Positions 43,980-53,073 of a stretch of DNA of 64,000 bases are shown in pieces. A program made the translations under genes and the position numbers. Source of the DNA: an archaeon. GTDB lineage: Archaea; Thermoproteota; Nitrososphaeria; Nitrososphaerales; Gagatemarchaeaceae. The notes below the pieces were generated by a model. That model saw nothing but the letters and a program-made list of their open reading frames with translations, was not told where the DNA came from and did no database searches. The stretch's first letter is position 1. The number at the start of each line of letters is the position of its first letter. The stretch covers positions 1,307,206-1,371,205 of the forward strand of contig CP066694.1 in NCBI GenBank assembly GCA_016432545.1. Reading direction: 5' to 3'.

Positions 43980-45611
43980 ATGGGGACCCTGGCCTACCTC
44001 AAGGGAATCGCGGTCGCAACCTGGAGCGGCATCAGGCACCTCTTCCGCCCGAGGATGACCCTCCGCTACCCCGAGCAGAAGCTGGACCTCGAGGGGCCCG
44101 GATACCAGTACGACGCAAAGCAGGGCGTAGGCCTTCCCGGGTACAAGGGGCGCCACATCCTATTCCTCGACAAGTGCACGGGCTGCCAGCTCTGCGCGAT
44201 CGCCTGCGACGGGGTCGCAGTCGCCATCGACATGCAGAAAGTCCAGAAGGGCAAGCCACAGAACAAGAAGGAGATCTGGCCGGCCGTGGACTATGGCCGA
44301 TGCGTCTTTTGTGGACTTTGCGTTGATTTTAACACAGAAATTGTAACTAATCCGGGATTGAAGAAAATAAATACAATCCAAGTCGGAGACCTCGTCTTGA
44401 CTCACAGCGGCGACTACAAACCTGTTACCAAGGTCTGGGACATGCTCTTCACTGGGCCTTTGTACAAGATCTGGGTCTTCGGGAGGCCGGAACCTTTGAT
44501 TTGTACTGCAGATCACCCAATCATAGCTGTCTCCAGGGCCTACTCGAACCGAAAGGACAGAAGACTCCTAAGGACGACGGGGCCCTTGAAGTTCTACAAG
44601 CCCGGCGAACTGAAGGTCGGAGACTATCTTGTCAGTCCTATCATCCGGAAGGAGGTGCCCATAGAGAAGTTCGAAAAGGAAGTCCCCATGTACAGGGGAG
44701 GCACTCACAAGCAACATCTGAGCCTTCCCGCGACTCCCGAGCTGTTCAGACTGATTGGATACTATCTCGCCGAAGGCTCTTGCGATGGAGGGCGCAGAGT
44801 CAACTTCGACTTCAACAAGACCGAGCTTGAGACTCACGTGCGTGACTGCAACGAGCTCGTAGAGATGCTCTTCGCCAAGCCCGGGAAATTGAAGAAGAAT
44901 GGAACAAACGGGGTCCGCCTTGTCGTCGACTCTGCTGTCGCTGAAGACTTCTTCTCCCAGTTCGGAAAGGGGGCTCCGAACAAGAAGATAGCCGACTGGG
45001 CCTTCTTTGCGGAACTTCCCAAAGTAGTCGAGCTCCTCAAGGGCTATTGGCGCGGAGATGGAAGTCGGATCAGTCAGCCGAGACAGAAGTACTTCAACTT
45101 CACCACCACTTCCAAAGTCCTCGCGTTCCAAGTCCAGGAACTGCTTGCAAAGCTCGGGGTCATCGGCTTGATCGAGGGCCAGCACCAAAAGGATCGACTT
45201 CCCTCCTATCACGTCAATGTCTTTGGGAGGTGGGCGCAGAAGCTCGCAAACCTCTGGAATGTCGAGCTTGGATTCGACGCTACGAAACACGCTGATAAGT
45301 TCCATTTGGAGGGGAACTATGTCTTCCTCCCTATCCGGAAGATCGAAGTGGAGTCAGTGTCAAAGCACAGAGTCATGGACGTGACTGTTGAGGGGGACCA
45401 CACGTTCGCCCCAAACGGGCTTGCCACCTCGAACTGCGTAGATGCCTGCCCCTTCGACGCCCTCTACATGACCAACGAGTACGAGATGTCCGCCTACGAC
45501 AAGGATGCTCTCAAGTACACTCCTGACATGTTGGCGATTCCGCCCAAGGAGGAAGGCAAGAAGTACAAGGTCAAGCTGGACACAGAGAAGGGGGTCTCCA
45601 CCCACGGCTGA
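43980..45611 (+). CDS. nuoI: Complex I subunit I, intein-containing
   Basis: TLRYPE; CTGCQLCAIAC; the spliced product gives CVFCGLCVDACP. Confidence 0.93.
   Translation: MGTLAYLKGIAVATWSGIRHLFRPRMTLRYPEQKLDLEGPGYQYDAKQGVGLPGYKGRHILFLDKCTGCQLCAIACDGVAVAIDMQKVQKGKPQNKKEIWPAVDYGRCVFCGLCVDFNTEIVTNPGLKKINTIQVGDLVLTHSGDYKPVTKVWDMLFTGPLYKIWVFGRPEPLICTADHPIIAVSRAYSNRKDRRLLRTTGPLKFYKPGELKVGDYLVSPIIRKEVPIEKFEKEVPMYRGGTHKQHLSLPATPELFRLIGYYLAEGSCDGGRRVNFDFNKTELETHVRDCNELVEMLFAKPGKLKKNGTNGVRLVVDSAVAEDFFSQFGKGAPNKKIADWAFFAELPKVVELLKGYWRGDGSRISQPRQKYFNFTTTSKVLAFQVQELLAKLGVIGLIEGQHQKDRLPSYHVNVFGRWAQKLANLWNVELGFDATKHADKFHLEGNYVFLPIRKIEVESVSKHRVMDVTVEGDHTFAPNGLATSNCVDACPFDALYMTNEYEMSAYDKDALKYTPDMLAIPPKEEGKKYKVKLDTEKGVSTHG
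44319..45434 (+). mobile_element. Intein (372 aa) with LAGLIDADG endonuclease
   Basis: Starts CVDFNTEI; TADHP; LIGYYLAEG and LLKGYWRGDG; ends DHTFAPNGLATSN followed by Cys. Confidence 0.92.
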
Positions 45612-46104
45612 CGCGATCTTCCTTGGGATGCTGGCCGTCACGGTCGGCGGGGCGATCATGGCCCTCGAGGCCAAAGAGATCGTCTACGGCGCGATAGGCC
45701 TCGCCGGTTCGCTCTTCGGCGTCGCGACCCTATTCTTCCTCCTCGACGCGCCCTACGTTGCGGTCTTCCAGATCGCCGTCTACATCGGTGCAGTCGCGGT
45801 CCTGATACTCTTCACGGTCATGCTCGTCCGGCAGGAGAAGTGGGCCAAGGAGCTCCCGACCGGCTCACTCGCAAGGGTCGCCGGGATAGCTACCGGACTC
45901 GCCATCGCGGTGGCCATCGCCCTCGCCGCAGCGGCGACCGGCCTGTTCAACTCCACAACGACCAACCCGGCCGACTTCGTCAGGATCGGGGAGCTGATCT
46001 CCACCTCCTACGCCCCGGTCCTCGAGGTGCTCGCCCTCGTGCTCGCAGCCTCCATAGTCGCGGCCCTCACACTCTCAAAAGTCGAACGGGAGGAGAATGC
46101 ATGA
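45604..46104 (+). CDS. nuoJ: Complex I subunit J (start uncertain: ACG 45604 or ATG 45628)
   Basis: FQIAVYIGAVAVLILFTVML. Confidence 0.9.
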   Translation, partial: TADAIFLGMLAVTVGGAIMALEAKEIVYGAIGLAGSLFGVATLFFLLDAPYVAVFQIAVYIGAVAVLILFTVMLVRQEKWAKELPTGSLARVAGIATGLAIAVAIALAAAATGLFNSTTTNPADFVRIGELISTSYAPVLEVLALVLAASIVAALTLSKVEREENA

Positions 46105-46424
46105 ACTCCCTGGCCGACTTCGTCCTCGTCTCGGCCATCCTCTTCGGCATCGGAGTCTACGGCCTGGTCACGAAGCGCAACGCCCTGCGCCTTCTCTTCG
46201 CGGTCGAGCTCATGATCAACGCCGCCAACCTGAATTTCGTCGCCTTTGGCCAGTACCTCCCTCTCGCCCAGGCGGCAGGGCCCAGTGCAGTGGGCCAGAC
46301 CTTCGTCCTGTTCTCCATCGCGCTCGCAGCGGCCGAGGCGGCCGTGATCCTCGCAATAGTGGTCGTCGCTTACAGGCTGCACCAGGACGTCGACGTCAGC
46401 GAGCTGAATTCGATGAAGGGATGA
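46101..46424 (+). CDS. nuoK: Complex I subunit K
   Basis: VELMINAANLN; LAAAEAAV. Confidence 0.93.
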   Translation: MNSLADFVLVSAILFGIGVYGLVTKRNALRLLFAVELMINAANLNFVAFGQYLPLAQAAGPSAVGQTFVLFSIALAAAEAAVILAIVVVAYRLHQDVDVSELNSMKG

Positions 46425-46477
46425 CAATGGGACTAGACCCAGCTTCGTCGCCTCACAAGAAACCAGTGTAAACCACA

Positions 46478-47980
46478 ATGCAACCATATCTCCTTCTCCA
46501 AGCTATAGTCGTCCCGCTAATCGGCGCCGCGGTCTGCTACCCGGCCGCACGCCGGCTCGGCAAGAACACGGGATGGCTCGCCTTCCTGTTCATCCTCGTC
46601 TCCACGCTCGTCCTCGCCGTCTGGGCGGCTCCGCAGATCTCCGGCGCCGCGGCCGTGACGGAGTCTTACCCATGGGCTCCTACTGCCGGCCTAGAGTTCA
46701 ACCTCAGCGCCGACGGCCTCAGCTTCCCCGTGTTGATGCTGGTCAACGTCGTCCTGGCCGCGACCGCCGTCTACTCAGTCCCGTACATGTCCGCCCGAGT
46801 GAAGTCCCTGAAGGGGGAGGACGACCTCGCAAAGCATGGTATGTACTACCTGAACTTCTTGCTCGTCTCCTCTGGCCTGGCTGGGATCGTGCTCTCCACG
46901 AACCTGATCGAGCTCTACCTCTTCCTCGAGATGGTCCTCATCCCCACCTTCGTAATCATCAGCCTCTACGGCTACGTCAACAAGGAGCGCGTGGCGACGA
47001 TATACATCATCTGGAACCAACTCGGCGCCTTCGTCTTCCTTGCGGGGATCGCCCTCGTGTACGTGGCTACCGGCTCCTTCTCCTACTCGGCGGTCACAGC
47101 CGCCCAGGCAAGCCCCTACGCCTTCTGGATCGCAGGCCTGATACTCCTCGGCTGGCTCGTGAAGATGGCGGTCTTCGGGGTCCACATGTGGCTCCCAATC
47201 ACCGAGGCCGAGCCTCCCACCTCCTTCGCCCCCACGATGGCGGTCGTCTCAGGGATCGGGACGTACGTGATCGTCCGCCTGCTCCTCCTCGGCATGCCCC
47301 TGACCTTCCACTCGTTCAGCCTCCCCCTGATGGCCTGGGCAGTAATCACGATGTTCTATGGCGGGGCCCTGACGCTGGCGCAGAACGACGCCAAGTATCT
47401 GTTCGCCTGGTCGACGATGAGCCAGAACGCCTACTCGGTCCTTGGGCTCGCGAGCCTCTCCGCCTTGGGGGCGGCTGGCAGCGTATTCTACTTCTCGAGC
47501 CACATCCTCGGCAAGTTCGTGATGTTCTCAGTCGCAGGAATCCTCCTGACCCAGACCGGGCTGCGCGACATCAGGAAGATGGGGGGCCTCGCTGCGAAGA
47601 TGCCTCTGACAGCGACCCTCTTCGTCTTGGGAGCCCTCATCCTCTCGGCCGTCCCTCCGACCAGCGGGTTCCAGGCAGAATGGATCATGTTCGCTGGCAT
47701 CTTCTCCCCCGCTGCCTCCGGCTCCTCCTCATACCTCCTCGTCGCCTTCCTGGGCCTTGCCGCTACTATGCTCACAGTCGCATACGCCTTCTGGCCCGTG
47801 AAGCGGATCTTCTTTGGAGAGCTCGCCCCCGACCTCGACAGCGTCAAGGACCCGCCTCTCACGATGACCCTCCCTCTCCTGGCCGTGGTCGCTGTGTCCA
47901 TCGCTGTGGGCATCTTCCCTGACCTCGTCTCAAAGTTCCTCTTCGGTCTAGGCGGGCTACTACCCGGAGGCGCGCCGTAG
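46478..47980 (+). CDS. nuoM: Complex I antiporter-like subunit M, first (divergent) copy
   Basis: YLFLEMVLIP; VKMAVFGVHMWLP; PPTSGFQAE. Confidence 0.8.
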   Translation: MQPYLLLQAIVVPLIGAAVCYPAARRLGKNTGWLAFLFILVSTLVLAVWAAPQISGAAAVTESYPWAPTAGLEFNLSADGLSFPVLMLVNVVLAATAVYSVPYMSARVKSLKGEDDLAKHGMYYLNFLLVSSGLAGIVLSTNLIELYLFLEMVLIPTFVIISLYGYVNKERVATIYIIWNQLGAFVFLAGIALVYVATGSFSYSAVTAAQASPYAFWIAGLILLGWLVKMAVFGVHMWLPITEAEPPTSFAPTMAVVSGIGTYVIVRLLLLGMPLTFHSFSLPLMAWAVITMFYGGALTLAQNDAKYLFAWSTMSQNAYSVLGLASLSALGAAGSVFYFSSHILGKFVMFSVAGILLTQTGLRDIRKMGGLAAKMPLTATLFVLGALILSAVPPTSGFQAEWIMFAGIFSPAASGSSSYLLVAFLGLAATMLTVAYAFWPVKRIFFGELAPDLDSVKDPPLTMTLPLLAVVAVSIAVGIFPDLVSKFLFGLGGLLPGGAP

Positions 47981-50136
47981 TGGAGCTGGTACTGATCCCA
48001 TACTACATGATGTGGCTCGTCTTTGGGCTCCCGCTGGTCGGTTCCCTGGCCACGGCGGCCCTCCGCAAAGCGGGGAGGGTCTCCAACTACGTGGCCGTCG
48101 CTTTCTCTCTCCTCTCTGCCCTTGCCGCTCTGACCATGATCCTTCCCATCCTCGAGGGGGTAAGCCTGGAGTCGGTCGACTACACCGTGCACTGGATCTC
48201 AGGCCTGAACCTCACATTCGGCGTGCTGTCGGACCCGTTCACCGCGATTCTAGCCAACGTTGTCGCGTGGGTCAGCTTCCTGATCATGGTGTACAGCCTC
48301 GAATACATGAAGGACGACCCGAGTTCCAACCGCTACTTCTTCTTCGTGAGCCTCTTCATCGGGAGCATGCAGCTCATCGTCCTCTCCGACAACCTCCTCT
48401 CTCTCTTCGTCGGATGGGAGATGGTCGGGCTCTGCAGCTACGCCCTGATTGGTCACTACTGGAAGGACGAGACCAAGAACTGGGTCGGGACTCCGGGCGA
48501 CAAGGCCCTCGGAGAGGAGCAGGCGTATTCGCCCTCCCATGCTGGGATGAAGGCCTTCGTCATGACAAGGGTAGGAGACGTCGCGATGCTGGCCGGGATC
48601 CTGATCCTCTTCTTTTACGCAGGGACGTTCAACTACAGAGAGCTTGCCGCGTCCTCTGGCGCCTGGCTCCCGGCCCTTGCGAATGCGGGCCTGCTCGTCC
48701 CGGTCGCCCTCCTGATCTTCGGCGGGGCTGTCGGCAAGTCGGCCCAGTTCCCTCTCCACGAGTGGCTCCCTGACGCAATGGCGGGCCCCGCGCCAGTCTC
48801 CGCCCTGATCCACGCCGCGACGATGGTCAAGGCGGGGGTCGTGCTCGTCGCCCGGATCGCTCCCCTGTTCTACTTCGCGGTCCTCGCCAACCCGTCGCTG
48901 GGCGTCTCATCGGTCCAGCCCTTCTTCCTCACAGTCGCTTGGATTGGGGCCTTCACCGCCTTCCTCGCCGCGACTCAGGCGCTCGTGGGCTTCGAGCTCA
49001 AGAAGATTCTGGCCTATTCGACCATCTCCCAGATCGGCTACATGATGATGGCGATCGGGGTCGCGGGCCTCTCCACCGACTTCGTCCAGGGGCTCTCCTC
49101 GGGGCTCTACCACCTGATGAGCCACGCGATCTTCAAGGCCTGCCTCTTCCTTGCGGCGGGCGCCCTGATCCACGCCGCGGATTCGAAGTACATCAGCGAT
49201 ATGGGCGCGATGCGGAACAAGATGAAGCTCACCTTCGCGGCCTTCCTGATCGCAGTCGCATCGCTCTCCGGACTCCCTCCTTTCAGCGGATTTTGGAGCA
49301 AGGACGCGGTCCTGGCGACAGCGTGGAGCGCCGGACAGTACGCCCTCTTCGCGGCCGGAGCCCTTACCGCGGGCCTGACGGCCTTCTACTCCTTCAGGAT
49401 GCTCGGCATGGTCTTCTTCGGCTCCAAGAGCAAGCGCCTCGAGGAGGTCGAGGCGCAGGGGCATCACCTCCATGAGCCGAGCGCGATAATGTGGGTCCCG
49501 TATGCGATACTCGCCGCTGCCACGGTCCTATTTGGGCTCGTCGCACTTGCCGGACAGGCGGTGCCTTCGCTGAACCTCGAGGCGACCTTCGACTCTGCGG
49601 CGACAGGGTACATCCAACTTCTCTACCCCCAGGCGCCTGTCGGCCAAGGAGCGGGCTTCGAGGCCGCCCCCTCCGGAATCGCGCTTCTCTTCGTTGCCAT
49701 CGGCTTCGGAGTGGCCTACCTCGGATACGTCGCGAGGCGCTGGGCTCCAGGATCGCTCTCGGCCGCGGGGTTCGGGCGCAGCCTTTACGTCTTCTTCGAG
49801 AAGCGCTGGTACATCAACGCGGTCTACTACAAGGTTTTCGTCAACGCGCCCTTGGGGGCCTCCAGATGGCTCAATGACACCTTCGACTTCAAGGGGCTCT
49901 TCAGGGTCAACGACGCCGGCTCCCTCCTAGGGAACAGGCTCTCCACCGCCGGGAACTGGCTCGACGTCAGGGTCGTCGACGGCACGGCCAACGGCATCTC
50001 CTCCTTCGGGCAGCGAATCTCGCGCGGCCTCAGGCGAATTCAGACGGGTATAGTGGAGCAGTACGTCCAGGTCTTCGCGGCGGGCGTGGTCCTCCTCTTC
50101 ATCTTCTTCCTACTGGCCTTCGGGGTGAAGCTCTGA
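47980..50136 (+). CDS. nuoL: Complex I subunit L
   Basis: GKSAQFPLHEWLPDAMAGPAPVSALIHAATMV; GFWSKD. Confidence 0.95.
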   Translation: MELVLIPYYMMWLVFGLPLVGSLATAALRKAGRVSNYVAVAFSLLSALAALTMILPILEGVSLESVDYTVHWISGLNLTFGVLSDPFTAILANVVAWVSFLIMVYSLEYMKDDPSSNRYFFFVSLFIGSMQLIVLSDNLLSLFVGWEMVGLCSYALIGHYWKDETKNWVGTPGDKALGEEQAYSPSHAGMKAFVMTRVGDVAMLAGILILFFYAGTFNYRELAASSGAWLPALANAGLLVPVALLIFGGAVGKSAQFPLHEWLPDAMAGPAPVSALIHAATMVKAGVVLVARIAPLFYFAVLANPSLGVSSVQPFFLTVAWIGAFTAFLAATQALVGFELKKILAYSTISQIGYMMMAIGVAGLSTDFVQGLSSGLYHLMSHAIFKACLFLAAGALIHAADSKYISDMGAMRNKMKLTFAAFLIAVASLSGLPPFSGFWSKDAVLATAWSAGQYALFAAGALTAGLTAFYSFRMLGMVFFGSKSKRLEEVEAQGHHLHEPSAIMWVPYAILAAATVLFGLVALAGQAVPSLNLEATFDSAATGYIQLLYPQAPVGQGAGFEAAPSGIALLFVAIGFGVAYLGYVARRWAPGSLSAAGFGRSLYVFFEKRWYINAVYYKVFVNAPLGASRWLNDTFDFKGLFRVNDAGSLLGNRLSTAGNWLDVRVVDGTANGISSFGQRISRGLRRIQTGIVEQYVQVFAAGVVLLFIFFLLAFGVKL

Positions 50137-51614
50137 TGAGCTTCGTCCTCTCCGTCCTGGTCTTCCTGCCTCTCCTAGCCGCCCCGTCAGTCTACCTGGC
50201 GACCCGCGCGAACAGGCGCGCCGGCCTCTACCTCTCGCTCGCTCTCGGAGCCGTGGTCCTCGCGATAGCTCTCTACACCTCCTGGGCGGTCTACTCGAGC
50301 CCTCCCGCGCCGGGGCAGTACCAGCTGTCCGAGCGCTACTCGTGGATCAACTTCAGGCCCGTGGGCCTCGACTTCCACCTGGGAGTGGACGGCCTCAGCT
50401 CGCCCCTCCTCCTAGTCTCAGCCCTCCTCACCGTGCTCGCGATCTTCGGGTCGCGGAAGCTGATCGACCACCACGAGCCTGAGTACTACTCGCTGATCTT
50501 CCTCTTCGAGGGCGCAATCATGGGCGTCTTCACCTCGCTCAACCTGATACTCTTCTACGTCTTCTGGGAGGTCGTCCTCATTCCGATGTTCTTCTTCATC
50601 GGAGTCTGGGGCGGCCCGAGGAGGAAGTACGCCGCTATGAAGTTCATCATTTTCACTTACGCCGGGAGCACGATAATGCTCCTCGGCTTCCTCTACGTCT
50701 ACCTTGGGATGGGCAGCTCCCCGTCCTTCGACATCCAGGACCTCTCCGGGCACATCCCGGTCGCTCTGCAGTACCTTCCTCTCCTAGCTTCGTTCATCGG
50801 CTTCGCCGTGAAGCTTCCCCTCGTCCCCTTCCACACGTGGCTCCCGGACGCCCACGTCGAGGCCCCCTCGCCGATCTCTGTCCTCCTGGCCGGGGTCCTC
50901 CTCAAGATGGGAGGGTACGGCTTCCTCAGGATCAGCATGGGTCTCTTCCCCCAGGCCTCGTACCAGTACGCCTGGGTCTTCCTAGTCCTTGGGCTCTTCT
51001 CGATGTTCTACGGCGCCGCAGCCGCGATCCTGCAGAAGGACCTCAAGAAGATGATAGCGTTCACGAGCATCAACCACATGGGCTTCGTCCTCTTCGGGGC
51101 CTACGCGACCCTCGCGTACGGGAACCTCCTCGGGGTCCAGGGGGCGATCTTCCAGATGTTCGCCCACGCCCTCGCCGTCGGTAGCCTCTTCATGCTCTCC
51201 GGTTACATCCAGCACCAGGCCGGGACCAGGGAGATTCCTTCACTGCACGGACTCGGAACTTCGATGCCCAGGACTGCCACGATACTCGTCCTCGCCTCGG
51301 CCGCGGCCATGGGGCTTCCCCCTTTCGCGAGCTTCCTCGCCGAGTTCCTGGTCATAGCCGCGGGCATCTCGGCCTTCAGCCTGACCGCGATTTCAATCCT
51401 GGTCCCAGTCATAACGGCGGGATACTTCCTCTGGATGATCCGGAGGGTCGTCCTCTCGGCCCCTGAGCCGGGCCACGAGGTCCACGACATGGGCTGGGCC
51501 GACGTCGCCTCCTTCGCCGCATACCTCGTCCCGCTGGTCGTCCTGATCGTCTTCTCCTATCTCATCCTCACGCCGGCGGCCCCGGTCGCGGCCTATCTGT
51601 GGGGGTTGGCCTGA
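50136..51614 (+). CDS. nuoM: Complex I subunit M, second (canonical) copy
   Basis: FWEVVLIP; HTWLPDAHVEAP; LLKMGGYG. Confidence 0.92.
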   Translation: MSFVLSVLVFLPLLAAPSVYLATRANRRAGLYLSLALGAVVLAIALYTSWAVYSSPPAPGQYQLSERYSWINFRPVGLDFHLGVDGLSSPLLLVSALLTVLAIFGSRKLIDHHEPEYYSLIFLFEGAIMGVFTSLNLILFYVFWEVVLIPMFFFIGVWGGPRRKYAAMKFIIFTYAGSTIMLLGFLYVYLGMGSSPSFDIQDLSGHIPVALQYLPLLASFIGFAVKLPLVPFHTWLPDAHVEAPSPISVLLAGVLLKMGGYGFLRISMGLFPQASYQYAWVFLVLGLFSMFYGAAAAILQKDLKKMIAFTSINHMGFVLFGAYATLAYGNLLGVQGAIFQMFAHALAVGSLFMLSGYIQHQAGTREIPSLHGLGTSMPRTATILVLASAAAMGLPPFASFLAEFLVIAAGISAFSLTAISILVPVITAGYFLWMIRRVVLSAPEPGHEVHDMGWADVASFAAYLVPLVVLIVFSYLILTPAAPVAAYLWGLA

Positions 51615-51615
51615 G

Positions 51616-53073
51616 CTGGTCGACTACCTTACGATCGCGCTCCTTCTCCTTGGGGCATCTTCGCTCCTCCTGCCGCTTCTCCAGCTCCTCAAGGGACGCT
51701 CCCCCATGCTCGCCGGGTACATACTGGCCGGGGTCCTCGCCGCCTCCATGCTCCTGATCGCACTCGCGACCCTCTATCCCTCCGGCTCCTCGCCCTTCGG
51801 CGACCTGATCTCCCCCGACCAGCTCGGAGGCGTCTTCGCGCTCGTCACAGTGGGAGTGACACTCGCGGTCACCGTCGCCTCCTTCGAGACGACCAAGGGC
51901 TCCTCGGCGCCGGTCTACTACAGCCTCCTCTCCTTCACCGCCCTGGGCATGGCGCTCCTGGCCTACTCCAGGGACCTGTTGATGCTCTTCGTTGCGTGGG
52001 AGCTGATGAGCCTCCCCACCTATGCCCTAGCCGGCTATGACAAGAAGCTGAGGTCCAACGAAGCCGCCGTCAAGTACGCCATTATCGGCGCCATGTCCTC
52101 CGCGATCATCCTGTACGCCATCAGCCTCGCCTACGGGCTCACTGGCAGCACCCAGATCTCCGCGGTCGTCGCCGGGTTCTACGCGCACCCCACGGCGCTG
52201 GCGGGCATCTCGACCCTCCTCTTCGTCGCGGGCTTCGGGTTCAAGATGTCCATCGTGCCCTTCCACATGTGGATACCAGACGCATACGAGGGAGCCCCGA
52301 CCACAGTCAGCACCCTGCTGGCCGCAGCGACCAAGAAGGCAGGCTTCGTCGCGGCGATCCGCGTCCTCCTTGGGATCACGACGCTCTACGCGGTGACCCA
52401 GAACCCCCTCTTTACCATGGCCAACGTCTTCGCCGTGCTTGCGCTTCTGACAATGACCGTCGGAAACGTCGCCGCGCTGACCCAGAAGAGCATGACGAGG
52501 CTCCTCGCATACTCAAGCATCGCCCAGGCCGGATACATACTGATAGGGTTCGTCGCCTTCTCCGCGGACCCCACATCTAACGCGGCGTCGATCGGCCTCA
52601 CCGGCTCTATCCTGCACGTGATCAACCACGCGACAATGAAGGGCGCGGCCTTCCTGGCGGCCGCCGCGGTGCTCTTGCAGCTCAAGCGTGCCGACCTCGG
52701 AGCCTACGACGGATTGGCCCGGAGGATGCCCATTACTGCTTTCACGATGACCATAGCCTTGCTCTCTCTGGCAGGCGTCCCGCCGTTGAGTGGATTCTGG
52801 AGCAAGCTCCTTCTCTTCCTCTCGGTGGCCAACGGGCCCTTCGCCTGGCTGGCCCTCGCTGCCATTCTCAACAGCGCCTTCAGCCTCGGGTACTATGCAT
52901 GGATAATCAAGCGGATGTTCGTTGACGAGCCTGAGAACCCGGAGAGGGTCAGGGAGCCGATTTGGTTCGTAGTCGTATTCGCGGTCCTCGTGGGCCTGAT
53001 AGTCGGAATCGGGCTCTTCCCGCAGCAGGCGATCAGCTTCGCTTCAGGCGCGGCCTCGAGCCTCTTCGGCTAG
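51616..53073 (+). CDS. nuoN: Complex I subunit N (probable CTG start)
   Basis: SNEAAVKY; FKMSIVPFHMWIPDAYEGAPT. Confidence 0.93.
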   Translation: MVDYLTIALLLLGASSLLLPLLQLLKGRSPMLAGYILAGVLAASMLLIALATLYPSGSSPFGDLISPDQLGGVFALVTVGVTLAVTVASFETTKGSSAPVYYSLLSFTALGMALLAYSRDLLMLFVAWELMSLPTYALAGYDKKLRSNEAAVKYAIIGAMSSAIILYAISLAYGLTGSTQISAVVAGFYAHPTALAGISTLLFVAGFGFKMSIVPFHMWIPDAYEGAPTTVSTLLAAATKKAGFVAAIRVLLGITTLYAVTQNPLFTMANVFAVLALLTMTVGNVAALTQKSMTRLLAYSSIAQAGYILIGFVAFSADPTSNAASIGLTGSILHVINHATMKGAAFLAAAAVLLQLKRADLGAYDGLARRMPITAFTMTIALLSLAGVPPLSGFWSKLLLFLSVANGPFAWLALAAILNSAFSLGYYAWIIKRMFVDEPENPERVREPIWFVVVFAVLVGLIVGIGLFPQQAISFASGAASSLFG

